From a virus (lineage: Duplodnaviria; Caudoviricetes), in IMG/VR virus record IMGVR_UViG_3300027857_000485, positions 1 to 62,156 of that record: DNA of 62,156 nucleotides. One strand, given 5' to 3'. The notes under the pieces are model-generated. The model was not told where the DNA came from and did no database searches. It was given only the letters and a program-made list of their open reading frames with translations. Below are positions 8,589 through 16,887 of the stretch, in pieces. A program made the translations under genes and the position numbers. Every line of letters begins with the position of its first letter. Positions within the stretch are counted from its first letter, which is position 1.

Positions 8589-10408
8589 TCCGCCGCCTGC
8601 TTGGCCTGCTGCGCCGTCTCGAACGCCGCCCGCGCCTCTGCCAGCGGCTGGGCCACGCCATTCGCGATCCAGACCGACGCACCCAGCTTGGCCGCCGCAA
8701 GGTCGGGAACGGTCTTGTTCGGCACCGAGGCGGTCATTGCCACCACGGCGCGGATGCCATCGGCAGCCAAGACCTTCAGCAGCCCGAACAGCCCATTCCG
8801 GCCGGCGGCGTCGAGCTTGTCGGCACGGTCGATCAGCACCACGTCGGAACCGTCGATCCGGGCGATGGCGGCCTGCAGGATGATCCGAGCGCGCATGACC
8901 TGCGCCTCGCTGCTGAACGGCTCGGCGGCGATCCGGCGCCCGAAGCGGATTTGCATGTCGGCGCCGATGCTGACGGCCGGCCAGCGCGCGGCTTCGCAAA
9001 GCGCTTTCAGACGCCCCTCGTTGAAGCTGTCCAGCACGTTCGCCAGCTTCTTCCGGCGCAGGCCTTCCGGCGCCAGAACGTCGATGATGTGCTGGTTGAG
9101 GACGATCTGGCGGTGAAGGCGCGCGGCTTCGACGGTCTTCTTGGCCGCATCGAGCGCGCGGGCATGGCGCTCGACGTCCTTGCGCCCGAGTTCGACCTGC
9201 GCCTCGGTCACATGCGGCACGCTGCCGGCGTCGTTTTTCTCCAGCTTCAGCGCCGCCTGCTTGGCCTCGGTCAGGGCGGCGAAGGCGTCCTGCTGGGCGT
9301 GATAGGCGTCCTCGAAGGTCTTCTTCGCCACCGCCTCGACCTCGGCGTGATCGTCGAAACGCTTGCGCGCCGCGGTGATGTCTTCCGGGCTGGGCGCATG
9401 GCTGACAGCGACGAGATTGCCGCCCTCCATCTGCACGGCGCCGGAGCAATGCGGGCACGTCATCGGCACGTCGATCAGACCGGGCCGCTTGGCCATCACA
9501 TCGTTATGCGCCTGGTTGGCGGCGTCGCAGGCCTTCTTCGCGGCGTCGAAGGCAGCCTGCAGCGCCGGAACCTGCTCGGCCTTGGCGCGGGTGCCGTCGA
9601 GGTCGACCTGGCCGATCGCGAAATTGCGGGCGGCGCCCTCGGCCACGCTGCTGACGTGCGCCAGTTGCTTGGTTAGATGCGCGACCGGATCGGCCTCGGG
9701 AACTTCCAGTTCCTCCAGCAGCTCGTGGCCCGGCGCCTTCCACTTCGCGCCCTTCTCGCTGCCGTACTGTTCGCCGGTGACTTGACGCCAAGCGCCCTTC
9801 AGTTCCTTGCCCTTGTCGGCGGCCCGCGAATGCGCGCCGTCGAAACCGTCGATCTCGACCGTCGGCCAGATGCCGGCGACGATGCGGTAGATGGCGGCGT
9901 CACGCTGGTCCTTCGGGTCGAGGGCCATCGGCACCATGGCGGCAGCCTCGTCCTCGGTGGCCGCGCCGCCGCCGGTGACGAAATTGGCATCGGTGTCGCG
10001 CAGGGCGCCAGCCAGGTCGGCAGGGCTCGGCGCGGCCTTCAGCAGGCGATCGAGTTCGCGGGCGCGCTCCTTCACGGGCAGGTCGAGGAGGCTGGTCAGG
10101 CCGGCGGCGGTCGGCGATGCCTTCGGCGGGGTGCCATCGGTGCGGCGCTCGGCTTCCGGCCAGCGGACGCCAGCCGAGCCCTGCGGGCCGGTCACCACCA
10201 CGCGGGCGGCGTCGGCGCCGTCGCGGACTAGCAGCGTCGAGTCCTTTTTGGCGACGCCCTCGGGCATGATTTCGCCGGTGAGGGCAGAGGCAAGCCCGCG
10301 AATGGTCGACGACTTGCCGGCCCCGTTCGGCCCGCTGAGCAGCAGGATCGGGTCGGCGGCGGCTTCCAGGCGATCGACGCCAAGGCAGTTTCTGACGGTG
10401 ATCTGCAT
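8585..10408 (-). CDS. Rad50/SbcC-like ABC ATPase
   Basis: Walker A GPNGAGKS, coiled coil with CPHC zinc hook, Walker B/D-loop-like VLIDRADKLD. Confidence 0.85.
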   Translation of the reverse strand: MQITVRNCLGVDRLEAAADPILLLSGPNGAGKSSTIRGLASALTGEIMPEGVAKKDSTLLVRDGADAARVVVTGPQGSAGVRWPEAERRTDGTPPKASPTAAGLTSLLDLPVKERARELDRLLKAAPSPADLAGALRDTDANFVTGGGAATEDEAAAMVPMALDPKDQRDAAIYRIVAGIWPTVEIDGFDGAHSRAADKGKELKGAWRQVTGEQYGSEKGAKWKAPGHELLEELEVPEADPVAHLTKQLAHVSSVAEGAARNFAIGQVDLDGTRAKAEQVPALQAAFDAAKKACDAANQAHNDVMAKRPGLIDVPMTCPHCSGAVQMEGGNLVAVSHAPSPEDITAARKRFDDHAEVEAVAKKTFEDAYHAQQDAFAALTEAKQAALKLEKNDAGSVPHVTEAQVELGRKDVERHARALDAAKKTVEAARLHRQIVLNQHIIDVLAPEGLRRKKLANVLDSFNEGRLKALCEAARWPAVSIGADMQIRFGRRIAAEPFSSEAQVMRARIILQAAIARIDGSDVVLIDRADKLDAAGRNGLFGLLKVLAADGIRAVVAMTASVPNKTVPDLAAAKLGASVWIANGVAQPLAEARAAFETAQQAKQAAE

Positions 10409-10414
10409 GATCGA

Positions 10415-11335
10415 TTACTCCGAGAAGAGGGTTTCGTCGGCGCCGCCCTGGCTGTCATCGCCATGGATCTCGCCGGTTTCGGGATCGTGCGGGGGCTGGG
10501 GCTGCGGGGCGGCCTGGGCCTGCTGCTTTTCGGCGGAAGCCTCGGATTTCCTCGGCTCGACCGATGCAGGGTCTTTTTTCGCCTCGACAGGCCTCATGGC
10601 CGCCTTGGCTTTCTCGGGGACGATCGGTTGCACACCCTCCACCGCATATGGCGCGCCGGGCTTGCCAGTGCCGACCAGGGTCAACGTGGCCGTGTCTTCG
10701 AGTTCTTCCATCGTCGGCATACCCATCAGGGTCTCCGGCGCATAGACTCGGCCCAGCCATGCGCCGGAGCGGTAGCGCAGCATCAGATCGGGGATGCTCT
10801 GCCATTTCTTGTTGCGGCTGTACCAACCCTCGGATTTGGCCATGGCTATATCGACATCGATGTCGCAGATATCGCCGGTGATCTTGTGCTTGGCGAACGC
10901 CCGGCACTTGCGGGTGTCGCTCTCGCCGGTCAATTGGAACTGGATGGGGCCGGTGAAAGGGCCGCGGCTATTGATCAGCGCGATAGCCATCTGGCCATAG
11001 AGGGCCGGCTTACCATCCGGGCTCATATAGGTGTTCTGCATGAACATGAACGGGTCGACCTCAAGGCGCATCGACATCTGAAGCAGAATGAAGCAGCCGG
11101 CCTCGTTCCCGGTCAGGTGCTTGGGAACGAGACCGGAATTCGCGAACGCGCGGGCAACGCGCCACAGCTGTTCGAATTTCGCGGTGTCGAGATAGTTGGA
11201 AAAGCTGCTGTCGTCATGGACGACCAGCCGCTGGCGCTGCTCGGCGACGGCGGGAAGTTGGGCCGTATCAGCCTGCGGCTGCTCAGCAACGCGCGGCTCT
11301 GCCAGGGTGGCAGCGGAAGAATTGGTCATGCTCAT
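10415..11335 (-). CDS. RecT-like single-strand annealing protein
   Basis: DPFMFMQNTY..GKP, AKSEGWY..N.KW..IPDLMLRYRS...YAPE.LMG motifs; next to an exonuclease. Confidence 0.75.
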   Translation of the reverse strand: MSMTNSSAATLAEPRVAEQPQADTAQLPAVAEQRQRLVVHDDSSFSNYLDTAKFEQLWRVARAFANSGLVPKHLTGNEAGCFILLQMSMRLEVDPFMFMQNTYMSPDGKPALYGQMAIALINSRGPFTGPIQFQLTGESDTRKCRAFAKHKITGDICDIDVDIAMAKSEGWYSRNKKWQSIPDLMLRYRSGAWLGRVYAPETLMGMPTMEELEDTATLTLVGTGKPGAPYAVEGVQPIVPEKAKAAMRPVEAKKDPASVEPRKSEASAEKQQAQAAPQPQPPHDPETGEIHGDDSQGGADETLFSE

Positions 11336-11339
11336 CTCC

Positions 11340-12164
11340 TCAGTTGGCCGCGCCCTTATGGACGCGACAGGCGGTGGTCCCCCATGCGGGACAATATTTA
11401 TCGCTGCACATTTGGCTGCCGGAGTTCGGGAGGAAGGCCAGTGGATCGCCGGTTTCCTTGAAGCGGGCAGCGTCGTCAGCCATTGCGTTCAGCGTTCGCA
11501 TGGCCAATTGCTCGGCGGCATAGATCGAATAGGGAGTCGTCGTCGGCTCGGGCTGCAGCTTCTTCATTCCGACACGAGGGACGTAATCCTCGACAATGCC
11601 GTTGACCTCGAATTCGGCGGTCCGACGAAGGAGCGAGTAGACGCCGTATTGCGCGAGGTTGACGCGCTGGCGCACGCCGCTCTTGGTGTCGTGCAAGATG
11701 TCGTTCTCCAAGAGATCGGCGGTTCCTGTGATCAGGACGCCCGGCCGCAGTTGCGCCTCCATCGGCTGCTCGACGGCCACCGGGCGCACTTTCGGAACGA
11801 TGTGGATGCGATAGCTCGCCACCATCTTGCGCGTTTGGGCTTGGGCGGCGTTGAGATCGCCTGTGGTGTCATCCCAGGTGACGCCTTCTTCGCCGATGCG
11901 CCGATCCATCTCCTCGAAAGCGCGCTGCTCGGCCTCGGTCTGGTTGCCGAGATCGTCGGCCTCCATCTTGCTGGTCAGCAAATAGGCTGCGCCGGCATGG
12001 AGGGATGACCCGACAATCGCGCCCGCCGACGACGACACGGCGCGCAGTTCGATACCGGCATCACGGAACATAGGACGCCAGATCTTCGCCGCGGTGCGCA
12101 GCGCGCAATCGGCATAGCTGGGCGTCGAGGATGCGCGGATGCGGATCTCGAATGGCGCGCTCAT
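11340..12164 (-). CDS. PD-(D/E)XK Cas4/RecB-like exonuclease
   Basis: RASS...DC, TGTADL..HDTKSG, Q...Y, C-terminal C..YC.....C cluster. Confidence 0.85.
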   Translation of the reverse strand: MSAPFEIRIRASSTPSYADCALRTAAKIWRPMFRDAGIELRAVSSSAGAIVGSSLHAGAAYLLTSKMEADDLGNQTEAEQRAFEEMDRRIGEEGVTWDDTTGDLNAAQAQTRKMVASYRIHIVPKVRPVAVEQPMEAQLRPGVLITGTADLLENDILHDTKSGVRQRVNLAQYGVYSLLRRTAEFEVNGIVEDYVPRVGMKKLQPEPTTTPYSIYAAEQLAMRTLNAMADDAARFKETGDPLAFLPNSGSQMCSDKYCPAWGTTACRVHKGAAN

Positions 12165-12373
12165 TTTTCTGCCCTTTCTGGGTTCGGAAGGGCGAGGCGG
12201 ATATAGCCGAACTCGGCGGCATGCTTGATTGAGGAATAGGTCATGTTCGCCAGCGTCTTCGGATTGGTGATCCGGCCAACGCGGTAGAACCATTGCCCCT
12301 GCTCAATCAGGGCGATGACGGCCTGGCTGGATCGTATCGCCGGGCCGGGGATGAATTTGGTCGGGCGGCTCAC
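12161..12373 (-). CDS. Hypothetical protein
   Basis: GTGA-coupled start. Confidence 0.5.
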   Translation of the reverse strand: MSRPTKFIPGPAIRSSQAVIALIEQGQWFYRVGRITNPKTLANMTYSSIKHAAEFGYIRLALPNPERAEK

Positions 12374-12501
12374 ATCCACCTCCGCGACTTAGCCAGCCGC
12401 TTGCGCAGACGACGCACGACGCGGCGCAGCAGGGGCCGCAGCAGGATGAAGTCGATCACCCAGGACGGAACGTTGATGGTGTGGGTGCGGGCGGCGGTCA
12501 T
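12370..12501 (-). CDS. Small basic hypothetical protein
   Basis: ATGA-coupled at the 5' end and GTGA-coupled at the 3' end. Confidence 0.45.
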   Translation of the reverse strand: MTAARTHTINVPSWVIDFILLRPLLRRVVRRLRKRLAKSRRWM

Positions 12502-12785
12502 GAACGTTCGTGGTCCTGATGTTCGGTATTGTCGAAACCGACCGCGGTGAATCCGACATATTCGCCGCGCCCATCGAATTGCGGAATGCCGCCGTATTCG
12601 CGCGCATAGTGCAGGTAGGTCACGCGATCGACGCCACTGCCGAGATAGTTGCGGAACTGTCCGGTGCGCTTCTCCTGCTTCTTCGCCTTGCAGGATTTGG
12701 AGCAGAATTTTGCCCAGCCGCGTTTGACGTCGGCGGTGCGTGCGCGGAACGAGACGCCGCAGCACTGGCATTTCCGGTCGGTCAT
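12498..12785 (-). CDS. Zn-finger phage protein
   Basis: CQCCG..F......KRGWAKFCSKSC motif. Confidence 0.7.
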   Translation of the reverse strand: MTDRKCQCCGVSFRARTADVKRGWAKFCSKSCKAKKQEKRTGQFRNYLGSGVDRVTYLHYAREYGGIPQFDGRGEYVGFTAVGFDNTEHQDHERS

Positions 12786-12793
12786 TGCCGCGC

Positions 12794-13093
12794 TCACGCC
12801 GCACCATCCGGCTCGCAGTCGCACGGAGCGATCACCGCACGCTGATCAAGATCCCCCAGCAGCATCTGCGCCAGCTTGGCGATCTCCTCATCCCCGGCAT
12901 ACAGCGCGAAAATCTCGACCACCTCGCGGGCCTTCGGGTTGCCCAGGCGGGCGCCGTGATAGGCCTTGCGCAGGTTTCCCAGCGCCAGATCGCGCGACGA
13001 CGGCAGCGGCACCGGATGGGCCGGGCGGATCGGGATGATGATGCCGCGGGCGGGCTCGGGCGGCCGGGGAAAGGGGAGGATGGTGGCGGTCAT
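12794..13093 (-). CDS. Hypothetical protein
   Basis: MTATILPFPRP start, ATGA-coupled. Confidence 0.6.
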   Translation of the reverse strand: MTATILPFPRPPEPARGIIIPIRPAHPVPLPSSRDLALGNLRKAYHGARLGNPKAREVVEIFALYAGDEEIAKLAQMLLGDLDQRAVIAPCDCEPDGAA

Positions 13094-13284
13094 TTGGTGT
13101 CGCTCCTCTCGGTCGTGGGAACGGCCCATTGACCATTCAGGCAGCGATAGCTGCACTCACCTTTGATCGGCTGACAGTTCTTGACCTCGACGCTGACCTC
13201 GCCATGGCTGACGAAGACGGTCACAGCGGTCGCGGTTGGGTAAGCCTCGCGCAGTGCATCGGCAATCTGCTCGATCGTCATCAC
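13090..13284 (-). CDS. Hypothetical protein
   Basis: Coupled ORF. Confidence 0.55.
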   Translation of the reverse strand: MMTIEQIADALREAYPTATAVTVFVSHGEVSVEVKNCQPIKGECSYRCLNGQWAVPTTERSDTK

Positions 13285-13511
13285 GCAGCACTCCGATGAA
13301 GCGGCAGATCCTCGACGCCGACCGGCTTGTCAGCCAGGGCCTGCAGCCGCTGGAACCGGCGGTATTCGTCGACCAGGGCGTCCATCTGCTCGAAATTCAG
13401 GAAAATGCCCTTGCCATGGCACGAGAGGCTGACGCCGCGATGGTCGAAGTCGGCTCGCGCCTTCTCTCCTGCGGTGTCCAGGACGGCGGACATTTCGATG
13501 GTGCGCGTCAT
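13281..13511 (-). CDS. Hypothetical protein
   Basis: Coupled ORF. Confidence 0.6.
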   Translation of the reverse strand: MTRTIEMSAVLDTAGEKARADFDHRGVSLSCHGKGIFLNFEQMDALVDEYRRFQRLQALADKPVGVEDLPLHRSAA

Positions 13512-13792
13512 TCGGCGGCGCTCCCATACATCTCGCGGTCAGAAGCGATCCGACCGCGTCGTGCCTCTTCCGTTGCTGCCACGACCTCGTCGCCGCGCGC
13601 AATCAGCAGCCAGCGCTCGATCTGGTCGGCCAGCGCGCCGGTCACGGTGACCTCGGGCATGCCCTTGACGGCATAGTCGGGGAGGAAGATTTCGATGATC
13701 TCGCCGGAGCTATCGATTTCGGCGTGGCCGTCGAGCTCGGCGAAGGTGTTGCTCGGCCAGCCGAGCGGGAAGCAGAACGCAAGTCGGGCCAT
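13508..13792 (-). CDS. Hypothetical protein, first gene of the PL operon
   Basis: RBS AGGGAG upstream; follows PL. Confidence 0.65.
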   Translation of the reverse strand: MARLAFCFPLGWPSNTFAELDGHAEIDSSGEIIEIFLPDYAVKGMPEVTVTGALADQIERWLLIARGDEVVAATEEARRGRIASDREMYGSAAE

Positions 13793-13808
13793 AATCTCTC
13801 TCCCTGTT

Positions 13809-13888
13809 GGCCCCGGCGCTTGAGAGGGGGTGGGGAAGCGCCGGGGCCGGTGGGTGTCTCAGCCGTAAGGGGGCGACGGCTGGTGACA
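13809..13888 (-). promoter_or_regulatory. Two consecutive hairpins in the PL leader
   Basis: 13-bp perfect stem GGCCCCGGCGCTT/AAGCGCCGGGGCC (13809-13848) and stem CAGCCGT/ACGGCTG extended by TGTC/GACA (13855-13888). Confidence 0.6.
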
Positions 13889-13893
13889 GAGAG

Positions 13894-13971
13894 ATGATCG
13901 TAAAACTTTACGATATAGTCAAGAGGTAAAACGTAAAAGTTTACGATACGAAGGTGTCAAAGTTTTGCGAT
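13894..13971 (-). promoter_or_regulatory. PL promoter with OL operators
   Basis: Minus-strand TTGACT-17bp-GATCAT; operators ATCGTAAAACTTTACGAT (13897-13914), AACGTAAAAGTTTACGAT (13930-13947) and degenerate GTGTCAAAGTTTTGCGAT (13954-13971). Confidence 0.85.
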
Positions 13972-14060
13972 GGCTCCGCGCCTGTGAGGTACATCACAGG
14001 ACTCGCGCAAATTCCCTGCTTTGGTCTCGCATTCGAAATTCTTATTAGACGGGGGAAGTC

Positions 14061-14420
14061 ATGAGGTTTCGGCTGATCATGGTCAGCGGGTGCGCGATGC
14101 TCTCCGCATGCGCCGGCGCCGGTTTGCTCGGCAATAAGCCTGAGGATGCCGGAGCGTTTCCCGCGTCATATGAAGAGGTAATTCGCGGGCGCCTCGCGAC
14201 GACCCTTAAAGATCCCTATTCGGCCCAGGTCGAAATAGGAAGGCCCAGCCTCGGGCAATGCCAGCGAGGCATCTATGGCACATTTCACGGCTGGGTGGTG
14301 CCGGTCACCGTCAATGCCAAGAATGGCTTCGGCGCATATACCGGCTACCAAACTACCTATGCCTGGTTCGCCGATGGCCTTCTCGTGAGGGAGTCTGGCA
14401 GCCCGACGCTTTGCCCCTGA
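14061..14420 (+). CDS. Lipoprotein, possible superinfection exclusion factor
   Basis: Lipobox LSAC; LKDPYSA...VNAKNGFGAYTG motif; located in the immunity region. Confidence 0.75.
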   Translation: MRFRLIMVSGCAMLSACAGAGLLGNKPEDAGAFPASYEEVIRGRLATTLKDPYSAQVEIGRPSLGQCQRGIYGTFHGWVVPVTVNAKNGFGAYTGYQTTYAWFADGLLVRESGSPTLCP

Positions 14421-14426
14421 GGCGCG

Positions 14427-14645
14427 TCAGTTCCGCGAATTTGGGGGCGCCCCCAGAATGGACGCGACCGATCGGCGGCGCTTCTCCTGGAGGGCGCTTT
14501 CCTGGCGCATGATGAAGCGGTCCAGGGCTTCGATATAACAGCCCAGGACGGTGAAGAGGATCGGGTCTTCTATTTTTAAGTTCTGATCCAGCAGCAATTC
14601 CGCAGCATCAGAGCGCATCCTCATAATCTTGGACGTGCTGGTCAT
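14427..14645 (-). CDS. Small hypothetical protein co-transcribed with the GNAT gene
   Basis: Starts just after the GNAT stop; helical 72-aa ORF. Confidence 0.55.
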   Translation of the reverse strand: MTSTSKIMRMRSDAAELLLDQNLKIEDPILFTVLGCYIEALDRFIMRQESALQEKRRRSVASILGAPPNSRN

Positions 14646-14648
14646 CGT

Positions 14649-15236
14649 TCAGGCGGCACTCCCTTCAGGATGGCGCACCAGGCCGAAGTCCCACTTGCCC
14701 TCTTGCTGAACGATCAGCTCCTCGACGGCAGGATCTCCGAAAGCCAAATTCGAGACGCTATTTTCGAGTGGGGGAAAGTGCGCGACCATCGGCCAAAGGC
14801 GCCCGCGCTCGAAATGAATGGCCGGCCCCGAACGTTCGGCCTGAATGCGCCGAGCCCACATCAGCCAGGTCTTCTCGAAGGCGCGGCCAACGATGGTCGT
14901 ATAGCCCTTCTCGCGGATGTGCTGCACGCTGAAGTCGCATAGATCCATGAAGATCTGATAGCTCGCCCTATAGCGCGCACGGATGCCGATTCGCTCCATG
15001 GCCGCGAAGTCCTTGAACCAGCGAATGCGAAGAATCCCGGCCGGGTCTCCGTTGACCAGCGCAAGCACATGCGTGCAGGTGAAATCGTTGGCTTGGAATT
15101 CATCGGCATAGGTCGCCGTCGAGGATTCGGCGCTTTCCGCCATGAACACCGCGGCCCTTACAGCGGTGACCATATGAAGGTCATTCTGGCTGGCTGCAAT
15201 GCGTACCTCAACGAGCGAATTAGGTCGGTCCTTCAT
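14649..15236 (-). CDS. GNAT-fold acyltransferase (LuxI/FeeM/ElaA-like pattern)
   Basis: VRAAVF..DEFQAND..THVLALVNGDPAGILRIRWF..MERIGIR motif series; RBS AGGAG. Confidence 0.8.
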   Translation of the reverse strand: MKDRPNSLVEVRIAASQNDLHMVTAVRAAVFMAESAESSTATYADEFQANDFTCTHVLALVNGDPAGILRIRWFKDFAAMERIGIRARYRASYQIFMDLCDFSVQHIREKGYTTIVGRAFEKTWLMWARRIQAERSGPAIHFERGRLWPMVAHFPPLENSVSNLAFGDPAVEELIVQQEGKWDFGLVRHPEGSAA

Positions 15237-15298
15237 GCTCCTGTTCCCTTTTTAGGAGAAAAAACATTTACAGGCTCGTCGGCCTGTGGTTGCATAAA

Positions 15299-15317
15299 AA
15301 GTCCAAATTTCGGACTT
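15299..15317. promoter_or_regulatory. Putative LysR box
   Basis: Palindrome AAGTCC-AAATTTC-GGACTT containing T-N11-A (T15302..A15314) in the AT-rich gap between the divergent GNAT and LysR genes. Confidence 0.65.
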
Positions 15318-15324
15318 ATCGGCA

Positions 15325-16257
15325 TTGGGAGTTACTGATATTCCTCGCAATTCGCTCAAGAACTGGGATGACATCCGCCTGCTCCTCGCGGTAGCAGAGT
15401 GCGGAGGCATTTCCGGCGCGGCCGACGAATTGCAGCTCAAGAAGGACACCGTGATGCGGCGTCTGGACGATCTGGAAGACCTGGTCGGTCGCCGGCTTTT
15501 CCGTCGCCTGCAGCGCCGTGGTTCGGTTCCGACGGCTGCGTGCGACCTCCTGCTCGAAAGAGCGCGGGCTGTGAGGGAGGCGATCGGCAGCTTTGACCAG
15601 TCCATGGCGGCAATTCGCGCGCTCGACCCCGTCGTCAGCGTCAGCGCGCCGCCCGGCGTCCTGCATTTCACGCTCGTTCCTGCGCTTTTGAAGTTGAGCA
15701 AAACGCTCCAGCCCTTCGACCTGGCGCCGAGCAGCTATCCGCTGCCCGCCATGACCTTCAGCACGGAAGGCGATGCGGATGTATCGGTGACGCTGACGTC
15801 GACCGGCGATATCCCTGGCCTCAAGGGCGACATCACCGTGCGCCGCGTCGGCACCATGCGGTTCGCTCCATTCGCGCCCAGGGCATCGGCCGGAGTGGCC
15901 AGGGTTCATAAATTTCGGGATCTGCGCGATCACGGCCTGTTTCAGCGGACCGACTATGCCACGGTGCCGAGCATGGCTGCCTGGAATGATCTGTGTCTGG
16001 ATAGCGCCAGCCGGGCAGAGTTCATCAACTCGGTCGATATGTATTCGGCATTCAAGCAGGGTGACAGCGTCAGCATCTTCCCCAGCTATTCGAGCATGTA
16101 TGACCCCGAGGCCGTGCGCCTCGAGCTGGACGACGAGCCGGAAATCAGTCTGTCGGTTTGGATGTCGTCGCGCCGAGATACCTTGAAGGAGCCGGCGATC
16201 CGGACCGTCTTCGATGCGGTAGCCGGTCTCTTTGCGACATCCCCTTGGTTTTCATAG
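15325..16257 (+). CDS. LysR-type transcriptional regulator with divergent effector domain
   Basis: NWDDIRLLLAVAECGGISGAADEL....TVMRRL..LE..VG.RLF.R HTH; about 310 aa; start codon uncertain. Confidence 0.88.
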   Translation: MGVTDIPRNSLKNWDDIRLLLAVAECGGISGAADELQLKKDTVMRRLDDLEDLVGRRLFRRLQRRGSVPTAACDLLLERARAVREAIGSFDQSMAAIRALDPVVSVSAPPGVLHFTLVPALLKLSKTLQPFDLAPSSYPLPAMTFSTEGDADVSVTLTSTGDIPGLKGDITVRRVGTMRFAPFAPRASAGVARVHKFRDLRDHGLFQRTDYATVPSMAAWNDLCLDSASRAEFINSVDMYSAFKQGDSVSIFPSYSSMYDPEAVRLELDDEPEISLSVWMSSRRDTLKEPAIRTVFDAVAGLFATSPWFS

Positions 16258-16274
16258 TCCAATGGGGTGGGATT

Positions 16275-16466
16275 GTGTCGCAAAAGCGTGATCTGCTGAT
16301 GATCGAAATAATACTGCGTATGCGTCAATTAGAGCCGAATCGCCGCGATGTTATAGAGCGGATGATATCCTCTATTGCAGAGCGCGCAGCGTCGCCGTCA
16401 GAACTTCCAGTTTCTGATCGGGCAACGTTTTCAGTAGGTCAAGCAGTCCTTTTTCCCGTTCCGTAA
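16275..16466 (+). CDS. Small ORF resembling the CI C-terminal repeat, candidate antirepressor
   Basis: GTG start with G-rich RBS shortly after the LysR stop; IEIILRMRQLEPNRRDVIERMI aligns without gaps to CI MEMLRLLNQLPDQKLQAISELV. Confidence 0.5.
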   Translation: MSQKRDLLMIEIILRMRQLEPNRRDVIERMISSIAERAASPSELPVSDRATFSVGQAVLFPVP

Positions 16467-16794
16467 GGAAGGGGCCATCCCCGACCAGCTCAGAAATGGC
16501 CTGCAGCTTCTGATCGGGCAGCTGGTTGAGCAATCTCAGCATCTCCATTTCCTTGTCAGAGAACATCTGCCCTTCGCCCAGGATCAGCGAAAGAGGCACA
16601 TTCTCAGCTGCGGCGAGCATATCCAGCTTGTCCAGCGTGATCGTCGAATCGGGATTGGTCAGGAAATTGCGAAGGGTGCCTTCGGACACGCCGGCGCGAC
16701 GCGACCACTCCGTTGCGCTAAAGCTCGGATCTTCAGCTTTGCGGCTATCGATATAGGCCCTCAGAGCGGCCTTCCTGTTTTGAACCATGCTCAT
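16372..16794 (-). CDS. cI: CI-like XRE repressor without an S24 peptidase domain
   Basis: HTH ATEWSRRAGVSEGTLRNFL; divergent from cro across operators; two C-terminal repeats containing LPDQKL. Confidence 0.85.
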   Translation of the reverse strand: MSMVQNRKAALRAYIDSRKAEDPSFSATEWSRRAGVSEGTLRNFLTNPDSTITLDKLDMLAAAENVPLSLILGEGQMFSDKEMEMLRLLNQLPDQKLQAISELVGDGPFLTEREKGLLDLLKTLPDQKLEVLTATLRALQ

Positions 16795-16887
16795 GTGACA
16801 AAAGTAAAATCCTGCGTAGATTTTTACGATAGTAAAGTTTTACGATCATATGCTTGACATAACCGTAAAACTTTACGACGATAGGGA
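16795..16887. promoter_or_regulatory. OR operators with PR and PRM
   Basis: TGCGTAGATTTTTACGAT (16813-16830), ATAGTAAAGTTTTACGAT (16829-16846) and ACCGTAAAACTTTACGAC (16862-16879) match OL; PR TTGACA-17bp-GACGAT; minus-strand TACTTT 6 nt before the cI ATG. Confidence 0.88.

Noticed and set aside
11340-12164. Cas4-like gene as evidence of CRISPR-Cas
   Set aside because: No repeat-spacer array or other cas genes seen; its position next to a RecT-like gene indicates a recombination exonuclease
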